The position numbers and the translations under genes were made by a program. Shown in pieces: positions 9,180 through 19,944 of a stretch of 64,000 bases of DNA. The DNA is from Candidatus Latescibacterota bacterium (GTDB lineage Bacteria; Latescibacterota; UBA2968; UBA8231): assembly GCA_965221775.1 (NCBI GenBank), contig CBDCSU010000004.1, positions 800,001-864,000 on the forward strand, given 5' to 3'. The notes under the pieces are model-generated. The model saw only the letters and a program-made list of their open reading frames with translations. It ran no database searches and was not told where the DNA came from. How positions within the stretch are numbered: the stretch's first letter is position 1; each line of letters starts with the position of its first letter.

Positions 9180-10544
9180 ATGGCCGAGAACACCCGCTCC
9201 ACCGGTACCCGGACCCTGCTGCTGGCGGGCGGAATCCTGCTCCTGGTGGCCGCCGCCGTGGCCGCCTCCCGCCTGCTGCTGAAGGAGCAGAGCGCCGCCG
9301 TGGCCTCCTTCCCCGTCAAGCAGGGCGAGTTCGTCATCTCCCTGCACCTGAAGGACGGCGAGCTGGAGGCGGTCAAGTCCGAGCAGATCACCTCGCCCCA
9401 GGTGCACGGCCAGCTCAAGATCACCCACCTCTTCCCCGAGGGCGAGGTGGTGGAAGTGGGGGACCTGGTCCTCGAGTTCGACCGCGTCGAGTTCGAGAAG
9501 AAGGTCACCGAGAAGGAGCACGAGCTGCAGGCGACGAAGGCCGAGCTGGGCAAGACCTTGGCCAACCAGGGGGTGGAGATGGCCCGCCAGGAGGCCGACA
9601 TCGAGAACAAGGAAGCCTCCCTGCGCCTGGCCGAGCTGCAGATGGAGAAGATGAAGTTCGAGTCCTTCGTCGACCGCGAGGAGGCCAAGCTCAAGAGCCG
9701 CCAGGCGGAGCTGGCCCTGGAGCAGGCGCGCAAGAAAATCGAGGCCCAGCGCATCGTCGACGAGGCGGAGCGCACCAAGCAGGAGCTGCGCGTGGCCGAC
9801 GAGGAGCGCGGCCTGGAACGGGCTCGCAAGGACCTGGAGGCGCTCTCCATCCACGCCGAGAAGCCCGGCCTCGTGGTCTACCAGAGGATCTGGAAGGGTG
9901 GCCGCCGCGAGAAGATCCGCGTCGGCGACGAGCCCTGGGGCGGGCAGACCCTGATCACCCTCCCCGACCTGACGCGCATGCAGGTCAAGACCTGGGTCAA
10001 CGAGGTCGACGTGGACAAGCTCGAGGTCGACAACGAGGTCCTCGTCCGTCTCGACGCTTTGCCGGGGCCGGTCTTCCACGGCAAGATCTCCAACATCGCC
10101 TCCCTCGGCCACGAGAAGGAGGGCGACAAGAACGTGCAGGTCTTCGACATCCTCGTGGAGATCGACGAGGAGGACGCCCGCCTCAAGCCGGGCATGACCG
10201 CCGCCTGCGAGGTCATCGTCGAGACCATCCCCCCGCGCCCCACGCCGGACGACGCCGAGATCGAGGAGACCGAAGAGACCGACGCCGCCGACATTCCCCT
10301 CTACATCCCCATCGACGCTGTCTTCGAGAAGGGCGGCCGCACCCTCGTCTACCGCATGCAGGGCGGCCAGCCCGTGGAGCAGGAGGTCGCCCTCGGAGCT
10401 CGCAACGAGAACTACGTGATCGTCGAGGAGGGACTCGGCTCCAACGACCAGGTGGCGCTGCGCGACCCGACGGTGGTGCTGGAGAAGCTTGGCGGCGTCG
10501 AGGAGGCGGAGGAGCCGGCGCCGGCCGGCGCCTCCCTGGAGTAG
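9180..10544 (+). CDS. Efflux periplasmic adaptor subunit (MacA/HlyD-like) 2
   Basis: TM anchor, EGEVVEVGD, coiled coil, LKPGMTA; paralogous to the upstream gene. Confidence 0.88.
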   Translation: MAENTRSTGTRTLLLAGGILLLVAAAVAASRLLLKEQSAAVASFPVKQGEFVISLHLKDGELEAVKSEQITSPQVHGQLKITHLFPEGEVVEVGDLVLEFDRVEFEKKVTEKEHELQATKAELGKTLANQGVEMARQEADIENKEASLRLAELQMEKMKFESFVDREEAKLKSRQAELALEQARKKIEAQRIVDEAERTKQELRVADEERGLERARKDLEALSIHAEKPGLVVYQRIWKGGRREKIRVGDEPWGGQTLITLPDLTRMQVKTWVNEVDVDKLEVDNEVLVRLDALPGPVFHGKISNIASLGHEKEGDKNVQVFDILVEIDEEDARLKPGMTAACEVIVETIPPRPTPDDAEIEETEETDAADIPLYIPIDAVFEKGGRTLVYRMQGGQPVEQEVALGARNENYVIVEEGLGSNDQVALRDPTVVLEKLGGVEEAEEPAPAGASLE

Positions 10545-10549
10545 CGGGA

Positions 10550-11800
10550 GTGGACCTGCGCGAGACCTTCGACCTGTCGGTGGCGGGTCTGACGTCCCAC
10601 AAGCTGCGCACCATTCTCACGATGCTCGGCATCATCTTCGGTGTCGGCGCCGTCATCGCCATGCTCTCCATCGGCGAGGGGGCCAAGCAGGAGGCCCTGC
10701 AGCAGATCAGCCAGATGGGCATCCACAACATCATCGTGCAGCACTGGAACCCCGAGGAGGAGGAGGGCCTCGGGGACGAGGACGCCGGCAGCAGCAACCT
10801 GTCGGAGGGGCTGACGCGGGCCGACGCCCGGGCGGTGCGCGAGATCTGCCCCCTGGCCCGGACGGTGACCCCCCAGCGCGAGCTGAAGGTCAAGGCCCGC
10901 TACCGCAGCAACACCTTCCAGACCATGCTCGTGGGCACCACCCCCGAGTACATCCAGGTCCTCGACGCGTCTCTGAAGGAGGGGGTCTTCCTCTCGGAGG
11001 AGGACCTGCTGCAGGCGCGCCGCGTCTGCGTCCTCGGCAGCGACGCCAAGCGCAGCCTGTTCTACTTCGAGGAGGCCCTGGGTCAGCAGATCAAGGTCCA
11101 GGACCAGTGGTACACCGTGATCGGCGTCCTGCGCGACAAGGGGGCGGCGGGCGGCAAGATCGGCGGCGTCCTCGAGGTGCGGAACACCGACGAGGACATC
11201 TACGTCCCGCTGAACACGCTCCTCAAGCGGTTCAAGTGGGCGCCCACCGACCCCGAGCTGACGCAGGTCACGGTGAAGGTGAGCGACCCCGGCCGTCTGC
11301 AGGAGGCGGCCAACATCGTGCGCGCCATCCTGCACCGGCGCCACCGCGGCGTCGACGACTTCAAGATCGCCATCCCCGAGGAGCTGATGCGCCAGAGCCA
11401 GCGCACCCAGGCGATCTTCAACATCGTCATGGGCTGCATCGCCGGCATCTCCCTCGTCGTCGGCGGCATCGGCATCATGAACATCATGCTCGCCTCCGTC
11501 CTCGAGCGCACCCGGGAGATCGGCATCCGCCGCGCCCTGGGCGCGCGCCGGCGCGACGTCCTGGCCCAGTTCCTGGTCGAGGCGGTGATGGTGAGCCTCA
11601 TCGGCGGCCTCATCGGCGTGCTCCTCGGCTACTTCATGACCGAGGTCATCACCCTCTACGCCGGATGGAAGACGATCGTCGAGACGTGGACGATCGCCCT
11701 CGCCTTCGGGGTCGCCGCCGGCGTCGGCATCGGCTTCGGCTACTACCCCGCCCGCCAGGCGGCCCTGCTCAACCCCATCGACGCCCTGCGCTACGAGTAG
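10550..11800 (+). CDS. ABC transporter permease (MacB_PCD + FtsX)
   Basis: LTMLGIIFGV, GGIGIMNIML..V.ERTREIGIRRALGA, PIDALRYE C-terminus. Confidence 0.95.
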   Translation: MDLRETFDLSVAGLTSHKLRTILTMLGIIFGVGAVIAMLSIGEGAKQEALQQISQMGIHNIIVQHWNPEEEEGLGDEDAGSSNLSEGLTRADARAVREICPLARTVTPQRELKVKARYRSNTFQTMLVGTTPEYIQVLDASLKEGVFLSEEDLLQARRVCVLGSDAKRSLFYFEEALGQQIKVQDQWYTVIGVLRDKGAAGGKIGGVLEVRNTDEDIYVPLNTLLKRFKWAPTDPELTQVTVKVSDPGRLQEAANIVRAILHRRHRGVDDFKIAIPEELMRQSQRTQAIFNIVMGCIAGISLVVGGIGIMNIMLASVLERTREIGIRRALGARRRDVLAQFLVEAVMVSLIGGLIGVLLGYFMTEVITLYAGWKTIVETWTIALAFGVAAGVGIGFGYYPARQAALLNPIDALRYE

Positions 11801-11808
11801 AAGTCCTC

Positions 11809-12609
11809 TCAGACCAGCCGCACCAGCTCGATCCCCGACTCGCCCCGGCGGGCCCGCTCGTGGGGGTAGGCCAGGGGCCGCTGCACGTAGCGCACGCCGT
11901 CGATGACGGCGTCCCAGGCGATGTGGGTGTGGCCGAACAGATGCAGCCGCGACCCCGCGGCGCGCAGCTGGCGGTCCAGCCGCAGGGTGCCGGAGACCCG
12001 CGGCAGCTCCTTGAACCGCAGCCCCTCCAGCGGCGGGATCAGCTCCGGCCGCGGCACGAAGTGGGAGAAGCTCAGCACCCGGCGGCCCGGCGGGGTCCTC
12101 AGGGCCGGGCGGTTGAGCCCCTCGAAGTAGGCGCAGCGGTCGGCGTCGCTCGACTGCTCCGGCGGCCAGCGGCAGCGGTTGGGGTCCGACCAGTGGCGCG
12201 ACACGGCCACCTCCGGGGCGCCGGCGGCGCCGAAGCCCGGCTCGTACCAGCCGTGGAGGGGCAGGACCCACCACTCGGACCCCGCGGCGCCCGGTTCCAT
12301 CTCGATGCCGAGGCGCGCGGCCAGGCGCCGCAGGGCCTCCAGCCGGTCCAGGGAGGTCTGCGCCCCCGGCCCGCCCGCGTCCGCTCTCGGGTCCTCCACC
12401 CACAGGTCGTGGTTGCCGGGCACGAGGAAGACCTGCTCGAAGCGGTCCGCCAGCAGGCCGAGGGCCTCCTCGGCGCGGTCCATCCGGTGGCAGATATCGC
12501 CGGCCACCAGCAGGGTGTCGCCGCGGTGGGGCCCCACGGGCAGGGAGGCCACCTGCTCGAGGTTGGGGGCGAAGTCGACGTGCAGGTCGGAGATTCCGTA
12601 GATACGCAC
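11809..12609 (-). CDS. Calcineurin-like metallophosphoesterase
   Basis: SDLH, AGD, PGNHD, FSH and FGHTH motifs; GTG start inferred. Confidence 0.9.
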   Translation of the reverse strand: MRIYGISDLHVDFAPNLEQVASLPVGPHRGDTLLVAGDICHRMDRAEEALGLLADRFEQVFLVPGNHDLWVEDPRADAGGPGAQTSLDRLEALRRLAARLGIEMEPGAAGSEWWVLPLHGWYEPGFGAAGAPEVAVSRHWSDPNRCRWPPEQSSDADRCAYFEGLNRPALRTPPGRRVLSFSHFVPRPELIPPLEGLRFKELPRVSGTLRLDRQLRAAGSRLHLFGHTHIAWDAVIDGVRYVQRPLAYPHERARRGESGIELVRLV

Positions 12610-12709
12610 GCGGCGAAGGGTACCCGGCGCCGGTGGACAGAGGCAAGGGCCCCGCTTTCCTTCGAGCCCGCACTCCCCCACGAGAACCCCCTTCCAAGGA
12701 GAATCCCCC

Positions 12710-13822
12710 ATGGCGTACCGCGCCGCCGTCATCGGCCTCGGCCGCATGGGCAGCACCTTCGACGACGAGATCGAGTGGGGCGGCTCGATCTTCCTGCCCT
12801 ACTGCCACGGCCCCAGCTACCACGCCCACCCCGGGGTCGAGCTGGTGGCCGGCGCCGACCCCCACGACGAGCAGCGGGCCATCTTCGGCGAGCGCTGGGG
12901 CCTGGAGTCCGGCCATCTCTACGCCGACTACCGCGAGATGCTCGCCGAGGAGCGGCTCGACCTGGTGAGCGTCTGCACCACGGCGCGGGTCCGCCGCCGC
13001 ATCGTCGTCGACTGCGCCGAGGCCGGGGTGCGGGCGATCTGGGCCGAGAAGCCCCTGGCCCTGACCCTGGCCGAGGCCGACGACATGGTCGACGCCTGCC
13101 GCCGCCGCGGCGCCGCCCTGGCCGTCAACTGCGCCCGCCGCTGGAACCCGTTCTACGCCGAGACCCGGCAGCGCATCGGCAGCGGCGACCTGGGCCGGGT
13201 CCTGCAGGTCACGGCGTACGCCCAGTGCGGCCTCTCCCACAACGGCTCCCACGCCATCGACATCATCCGCTACCTCGCCGGCGGCGACGTGAGCTGGGTC
13301 TTCGGCGAGATGGAGTCCGACGAGGCCGCCGCCGGCGAGACCGACCTGCAGGGCAACGCCTACCTCGCCTTCGACAACGGCGTCCGCGCCTACCTGCGGT
13401 CGACCGACGGCGGTCTCGCCTCGTGGGAGGTCGACGTCATCGGCACCGGGGGCCGGGTGCGCTCCGGCGCCAACGCTCTGGACTGGGAGATGTGGCGCCC
13501 CGTGGAGGGAGGCCCCCGCAACCGCGGCCTGGCGGCGCGGGTCCCCTTCCCGTGGCCGGCGCGCATGCAGGGCATGGGCCTGACCATCGTCGACGACCTG
13601 ATCGGCTGCATCGAGTCCGGCGGCGACCCGCGCTGCTCCGGCGACGACGGGCGCGCGGCCCTGGAGGTGGCGGTGGCCCTGCGCGAGTCCCACCGGCGGG
13701 GGTGCGTGAAGGTCGAGCTGCCCCTGGCCGACCGCGGCCTGGGGATCCTGTCGTCGGAGATCCGCGAGGACGACGTGCCGGCGCGGGTGCGCCGGGAGAG
13801 GGCCGCGGCTCAGTCCCGCTGA
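12710..13822 (+). CDS. Gfo/Idh/MocA family oxidoreductase
   Basis: GLGRMG Rossmann motif, AEKP, HNGSHAID. Confidence 0.92.
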   Translation: MAYRAAVIGLGRMGSTFDDEIEWGGSIFLPYCHGPSYHAHPGVELVAGADPHDEQRAIFGERWGLESGHLYADYREMLAEERLDLVSVCTTARVRRRIVVDCAEAGVRAIWAEKPLALTLAEADDMVDACRRRGAALAVNCARRWNPFYAETRQRIGSGDLGRVLQVTAYAQCGLSHNGSHAIDIIRYLAGGDVSWVFGEMESDEAAAGETDLQGNAYLAFDNGVRAYLRSTDGGLASWEVDVIGTGGRVRSGANALDWEMWRPVEGGPRNRGLAARVPFPWPARMQGMGLTIVDDLIGCIESGGDPRCSGDDGRAALEVAVALRESHRRGCVKVELPLADRGLGILSSEIREDDVPARVRRERAAAQSR

Positions 13823-14568
13823 GGCAGCAGCCGCCGGGCGTTGCCGCCGAGGATCGCCTCCGCCTCGGGCGCCTCCAGGTCCAGCACCACGCGGGCGAGC
13901 CCGGCGAGGGGCACGAAGAACGGGGCGTGGGTGCCGAACAGCAGCCGCGGCGCCAAGCCCGCCTCGACCATGCGCAGGAGGCTGTCCATGCCGTCGGCCT
14001 GGGAGATGTCGGCGTGGAGCCGCTCCAGGGAGAGGATCTGCGGCCCGAGGTCGAGGACCGCCTTCCAGGTGGCGCCGCCGATGACCACCGGCACCCGGGG
14101 GTTCCGCCGCGCCAGGGCCGCCACCGCCGCGGGGTCCACGTCGGGGACCACCGCCCCGGGGTGCTGCCGCCGGGGGTCCTCCAGCCGCGTCTGCACGAAG
14201 AGGACGAGACCCGCCTCGCCCACGGCGGCGGCGCACTCGTCCACGTCCTTCAGATCGTATCCGCCGTAGGCCGGCAGCCAGCGCACGGCGGGGGCTCCCC
14301 TGTCCACGGCCAGGGCCAGCTCCTCCCGCCAGGTGGCCAGACCCGGGTCGAGGACGGGGACGGGCCGCACCGCGGGAAAGCGCTCCGCCGCCGCGTACAC
14401 GTCGGCGTTGGCCAGGTGCGGGTTGTGGGCGAAGGCGGCGTCCAGGGGCGACAGGAGCACCCGCCCGACGCCCACCTCCTCCAGGGAGGCCACCACCCGG
14501 TCCGCCGAGCCGGGCAGCCGCAGCGACGCCCAGTGGCCGGTCCAGGCGCAGACGTCGACGATCTCCAC
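13810..14568 (-). CDS. Amidohydrolase_2-family protein with degenerate metal ligands
   Basis: IVDVCAWTGHW in place of IDxHxH, RLLFGTHAP, ILGGNARRL; TIM-barrel amidohydrolase pattern. Confidence 0.78.
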   Translation of the reverse strand: MEIVDVCAWTGHWASLRLPGSADRVVASLEEVGVGRVLLSPLDAAFAHNPHLANADVYAAAERFPAVRPVPVLDPGLATWREELALAVDRGAPAVRWLPAYGGYDLKDVDECAAAVGEAGLVLFVQTRLEDPRRQHPGAVVPDVDPAAVAALARRNPRVPVVIGGATWKAVLDLGPQILSLERLHADISQADGMDSLLRMVEAGLAPRLLFGTHAPFFVPLAGLARVVLDLEAPEAEAILGGNARRLLPQRD

Positions 14569-14576
14569 GGTTCCCC

Positions 14577-15410
14577 TCAGTCCCCCAGGCCGGCCCGCGC
14601 CGGCAGCAGCCCCCGCAGGTTGTCCCACAGGATGCGGCGCTTGTCGGCGGCCTCCAGGTCCGCCCCCAGGACCTTGGCCAGGGTGATGCCGAAGTGGCGG
14701 ATCGGCGCGTCCGACCCGTAGACCACGCGGCCGGCGCCCAGACGCCGCACGGCCAGCTCCACCATGCCGCTCTCCGGATCGCCGCCCGAGGTGTCGACGA
14801 AGACGTTGGCGCAGTCGCGCACGTCCTCGACGCCGCGGGGATTGCAGCCGTTGAGGTGGGCCATGATGATCCGCGCCCCCGGGTGGCGGCGGGCCAGGTG
14901 GGCCACGTCGGCGGGGAAGGACTCCCCCGCCAGGTTGCCCGTGGTCTTGCGCCAGGCGTGCTGCAGCACCGGCACGCCAAGGGCCACCGCGCGGCTCAGG
15001 ATCGGGTCGAGGCCGGGCTCGCGGGCGCGGCGGGCGACCCACAGCTTGACCCCCACCATGCCCTCGCCGGCGACGCAGCGGTCGATCTCGGCCGCCGCCT
15101 CCCGCGGGAACGCCGGCGAGACGTAGCAGAAGGGCAGGAAGAACCCCTCCGCGACGTCGCGCATGGCCAGGGCGTAGTCGTTGGCCTCGCGGCACTGGTC
15201 GGGCGTCGGCTCCCTGGGCGTGCTCGAGTGGAGCGAGAACAGGACCGCCCGGGTGACCCCGGCCCGGCGCGCGGCCTCGCCCAGACGCCGCGCGTCCTCG
15301 GCGGCGCCGGAGAGGGGGAAGCCGCCGAAGTTGTCCAGCGGGTGGACGTGGGCGTCGATGACGGGGCCGCCCGGGTCGAGGCGGCGGCGCAGGGCGGCGA
15401 GACCGGTCAC
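14577..15410 (-). CDS. Amidohydrolase_2-family metal-dependent hydrolase
   Basis: IDAHVH, GVKL, VLQH, IMAH, VYGSDAP motifs; GTG start inferred. Confidence 0.88.
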   Translation of the reverse strand: MTGLAALRRRLDPGGPVIDAHVHPLDNFGGFPLSGAAEDARRLGEAARRAGVTRAVLFSLHSSTPREPTPDQCREANDYALAMRDVAEGFFLPFCYVSPAFPREAAAEIDRCVAGEGMVGVKLWVARRAREPGLDPILSRAVALGVPVLQHAWRKTTGNLAGESFPADVAHLARRHPGARIIMAHLNGCNPRGVEDVRDCANVFVDTSGGDPESGMVELAVRRLGAGRVVYGSDAPIRHFGITLAKVLGADLEAADKRRILWDNLRGLLPARAGLGD

Positions 15411-15433
15411 GGGCGAGGCAAGGCCGGCGCGCC

Positions 15434-16216
15434 TCAGCCGGCGGCGCGGACGTAGCGCGGACGCAGGTGCGTGCGGCGGAAGCCGCGGCGGCGGTAGACC
15501 CTCTCGGCATCGCTGTCGGGCTCGGTCTCCAGCGTCGTCCAGCGGTTGCCCAAGGCCGCCGAGTCGGCCGCGGCGCGCGCCACCAGGGCCGAGGCCACAC
15601 CCCGGCGGCGGTGACCGGGAAGCGTGCCCACCAGGTCGACGTACCCCATGCCGTGATCGGAGTAGAGCAGGGCGGTGCCCGCCGGCTCTCCGCCTCGGCG
15701 GGCCAGGTAGAGCCGCACCCGGGGGATGTCGAGGACGGTGCGGCCCAGTTCCCCGGCCTCGGGCGGCAGGTCGAAGCTCCGGCACCAGACCTGCGCCCAG
15801 GGGCCGTAGTCGCCGGCCTCCGGGACGACGACCTCCACCTCCGGGGCCCGCAGCGGCTCGGCGGGGCGGTCGCAGAGCATGGCGGTGGCCCGGAGCGCGA
15901 GGTCGAACCCCCGCCCCAGGAGGCGCTCGCCGAGATCGGCGGGGCGGTCCAGGGGCGTCAGGGTGAAGGCGCAGTCGAAGGCCTGGCGGCGGAAGTGGTC
16001 CAGGGCCGCGTCGACGAGCCGGTCCACGTCGCCAGGTGCCGCGTCGACCTGCACGACCCGGTGCAGCATGGGGATCTTCACGTCGTCGTGGTGGAAGGCC
16101 CGGGCCCCGCCGAGGTCGCGGGAGACGCACCAGCGCGCCCGGAACTCGACCCAGAGCCGCTCGAAGACCCGGGTGAAGTCGTCCGTCACCGGCCCGGGGG
16201 AGCTACTCCGCGCCAT
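15434..16216 (-). CDS. GNAT family N-acetyltransferase
   Basis: VGTLPGHRRRGVASAL acetyl-CoA motif, VYRRRGF; the start could be GTG 16189. Confidence 0.85.
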   Translation of the reverse strand: MARSSSPGPVTDDFTRVFERLWVEFRARWCVSRDLGGARAFHHDDVKIPMLHRVVQVDAAPGDVDRLVDAALDHFRRQAFDCAFTLTPLDRPADLGERLLGRGFDLALRATAMLCDRPAEPLRAPEVEVVVPEAGDYGPWAQVWCRSFDLPPEAGELGRTVLDIPRVRLYLARRGGEPAGTALLYSDHGMGYVDLVGTLPGHRRRGVASALVARAAADSAALGNRWTTLETEPDSDAERVYRRRGFRRTHLRPRYVRAAG

Positions 16217-17074
16217 TGAGGATCTGGTCCATGCGCGCGTTGAAGGCGCTGATGCGCCCCTGCAGGAAGGCCAGCACCTCGCGCAGCTCCTGCTGTCTCG
16301 CCTTCAGGCGCTGCGACTCCAGCAGCAGCGGCGCCTCCGCGGGAGGAGGCGGGACGGCGTCGCCCGGCGGGATGTCGCCCACCTGCTGCCGCTGCGAGCC
16401 CGCACCGCCGCGGGAGACCAGGGCCGCCTCGCCGGGGCCGAACTGCTGCAGCAGCAGCAACTCCCGTTCGATGGAGTCGAGGCGGTGGGAGAGGCGGTGC
16501 CAGTCCTTCCGGGCCCGCACCGCCATGTACTGGGCCAGCTCCAGCTTCTGGCGGATCTCCTCCGGGCCGTCGCCGTCGGCGAGGGCCAGCTCGTGCGCGT
16601 CGTCGAGGCGGTAGTGGCCCTGGCCGATGCTGTAGCCCAGGACCCGGCGCTCCTCCTGGAAGACCTCCAGCTGGCGGTAGAGTCCGGCGTCCCAGCCGCC
16701 GTCCTCCAGCAGGCGGATCAGCTGGCTGATCTCCCAGTCGTAGGCGGCGCGCAGCTTCTCGTCGAGGGCTTCCATCTCGGCGGCGGCGCTGTCGAGGCGG
16801 ACCTCGACGTTGTTCAGCCGGTGCAGCAGTTGCCGCGACTCGAGCTGCAGGCGCCGCAGGTCCGGGATCCCCGGGGCGCGGCTGCGGAGGCTGTCGATCC
16901 GGGAGGAGAGGGAGTCCCGGCGCGCCATGAAGCGGCTGCGGATCTGCTGCAGCGACTGCGAGACCCGGTCGACGCGCTCCCGCGACGCCTTGAGAGCGGC
17001 CAGCTCGTCGAGCTGACCGCCCGCCGGCCGCAGCGTGCCCATGAGGGCCAGGAGCGTCAGGGGCAGAAATCGGG

Positions 17075-17078
<4 letters not shown>
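16203..17078 (-). CDS. Secreted coiled-coil hypothetical protein
   Basis: Signal peptide MTRFLPLTLLALMG, heptad-rich helices, DGPEEIRQK motif; ATG overlaps the regulator stop. Confidence 0.7.
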
Positions 17079-18462
<1,384 letters not shown>

Positions 18463-18466
<4 letters not shown>

Positions 18467-19944
18467 GCGCCGATCTCCGACCTCTCGGCCGCGGGCACCG
18501 AGCCGGCGGCCGGCAGGACCAGGCGGAAGACCGAGCCGCGGCCGGGAGCGGACTCGACCTCGACACGGCCGCCGTTGGTCTCGGCCGCCTGCCGCACGAT
18601 GGCCAGACCCAGGCCGGAGCCCTTCTCGCGGGTGGTGAAGAAGGGCTCGAAGAGGCGCTGCCGGACCTCCTCGGCCATCCCCGGGCCGGTGTCCTCCACC
18701 TCCAGGGCGACGTCGCCGGCGGCGCCCACGGCGCGCACCGTCAGGGCCCCGCCCTCAGCCATCGCCTGCACCGCGTTCTTCATGAGATTCACGACGGCGC
18801 GCTTCACCTGCTCGGGGTCGGCGTAGACCCGCGCCTCGGGAGAGACCTCGGTGCGAAAGGTGACGCCGGCGGCCTCCATCTCCGGCGACAGCAGGAAACG
18901 GGCGTCGTCCACCAGTTGCGACAGCACCACCTCCCCGGGTTGGGGCGAGGGCGGACGCGCGAAGTGGAGGAACTCGGAGATCACCAGGTTCATGGCGTGG
19001 ACTTGGGCGATGACCTTGTGGATGTGCTCGCGCCGCGGGTCCTGGCCGGGCAGCTCGTCGGCGATGAGGCCGGCGTAGATCTCGATACCGCTCAGGGGGT
19101 TGCGGATTTCGTGGGCGACGCCGGCCAGCATCTGGCGCAGCTGGGCGTCGCGCTCCAGCAGCTTGCGGCGCATCTCCTCCATCGTCTGCCCGAGGTAGCC
19201 GATCTCGTCGTGGGCCTGCACCTTCACCGCCCGGCGGAGGTTGCCGCGGCCGATCCGGCGCGCCGCCGTCACCAGGGTGTGGATGGGGCCGGTGATGTGG
19301 CGGGCCACGGCGAGGCCCACGAGGAAGGTCAGCAGGGTGCCGAGGCCGGCGAGGAGATAGACGGAGCGCTTGAAGCCGACGATGGCGTCCATGTACCCGG
19401 CGCCGATGTCCACCCCCACGCCGGCGACGATCCTCCCCTGGCGGTTGTGGATCGGCGCGTAGCCCGTCATGAAGTGATCGCCCGTGTCCTCGTCGGTGAA
19501 GCGCGGCGTGTTCGCCGGCTCTCCCTCCCACATGGCCGCCACCTGGGGCTTGTGGAAGGCGAGGAGGTGGATCTCGCGGCCGATGCGCTTGCCCTCCTCG
19601 GTGTCGAGGAGACTGCGGCCGCTGCGGTCGAAGACGTAGATGCGGCGCGCCCCCAGGGCCTCCCGGGTCTCGCGCATGCGCCGCCGGAGCAGCTGGTGCA
19701 GGAAGGTGCCCTCCATGCCCTGCCTCAGCTTGGTCACCTGGCCCCGGGCCAGCTCGGCGGCGATCATCTGCGACTCCACCTTCAGGTGCGAGGCGAGCTG
19801 GTCCTCGAGGCTGTCGAGGGCCTGCCGGTAGAGGACCCAGCCCGTGCCCCCGAGCCCTGCCAGGGCCAGGGTGACGAAGATGAAGACCAAGCGCCGGCCG
19901 AGCGATCCCTGGCGCCTGCGCCGCCCCTCGGCGCCGCCCCTCAC
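18463..19944 (-). CDS. HAMP-domain sensor histidine kinase
   Basis: Two TM helices around a periplasmic sensor, HAMP, AHEIRNPL H-box, NLMKNA, DTGPG, GSGLGL; GTG start inferred. Confidence 0.93.

Noticed and set aside
10412-14980. Very long ORFs of 1522 aa (-) and 1410 aa (+)
   Set aside because: Shadow frames of high-GC genes: Arg/Gly/Pro-rich, no motifs, and overlapping well-supported genes
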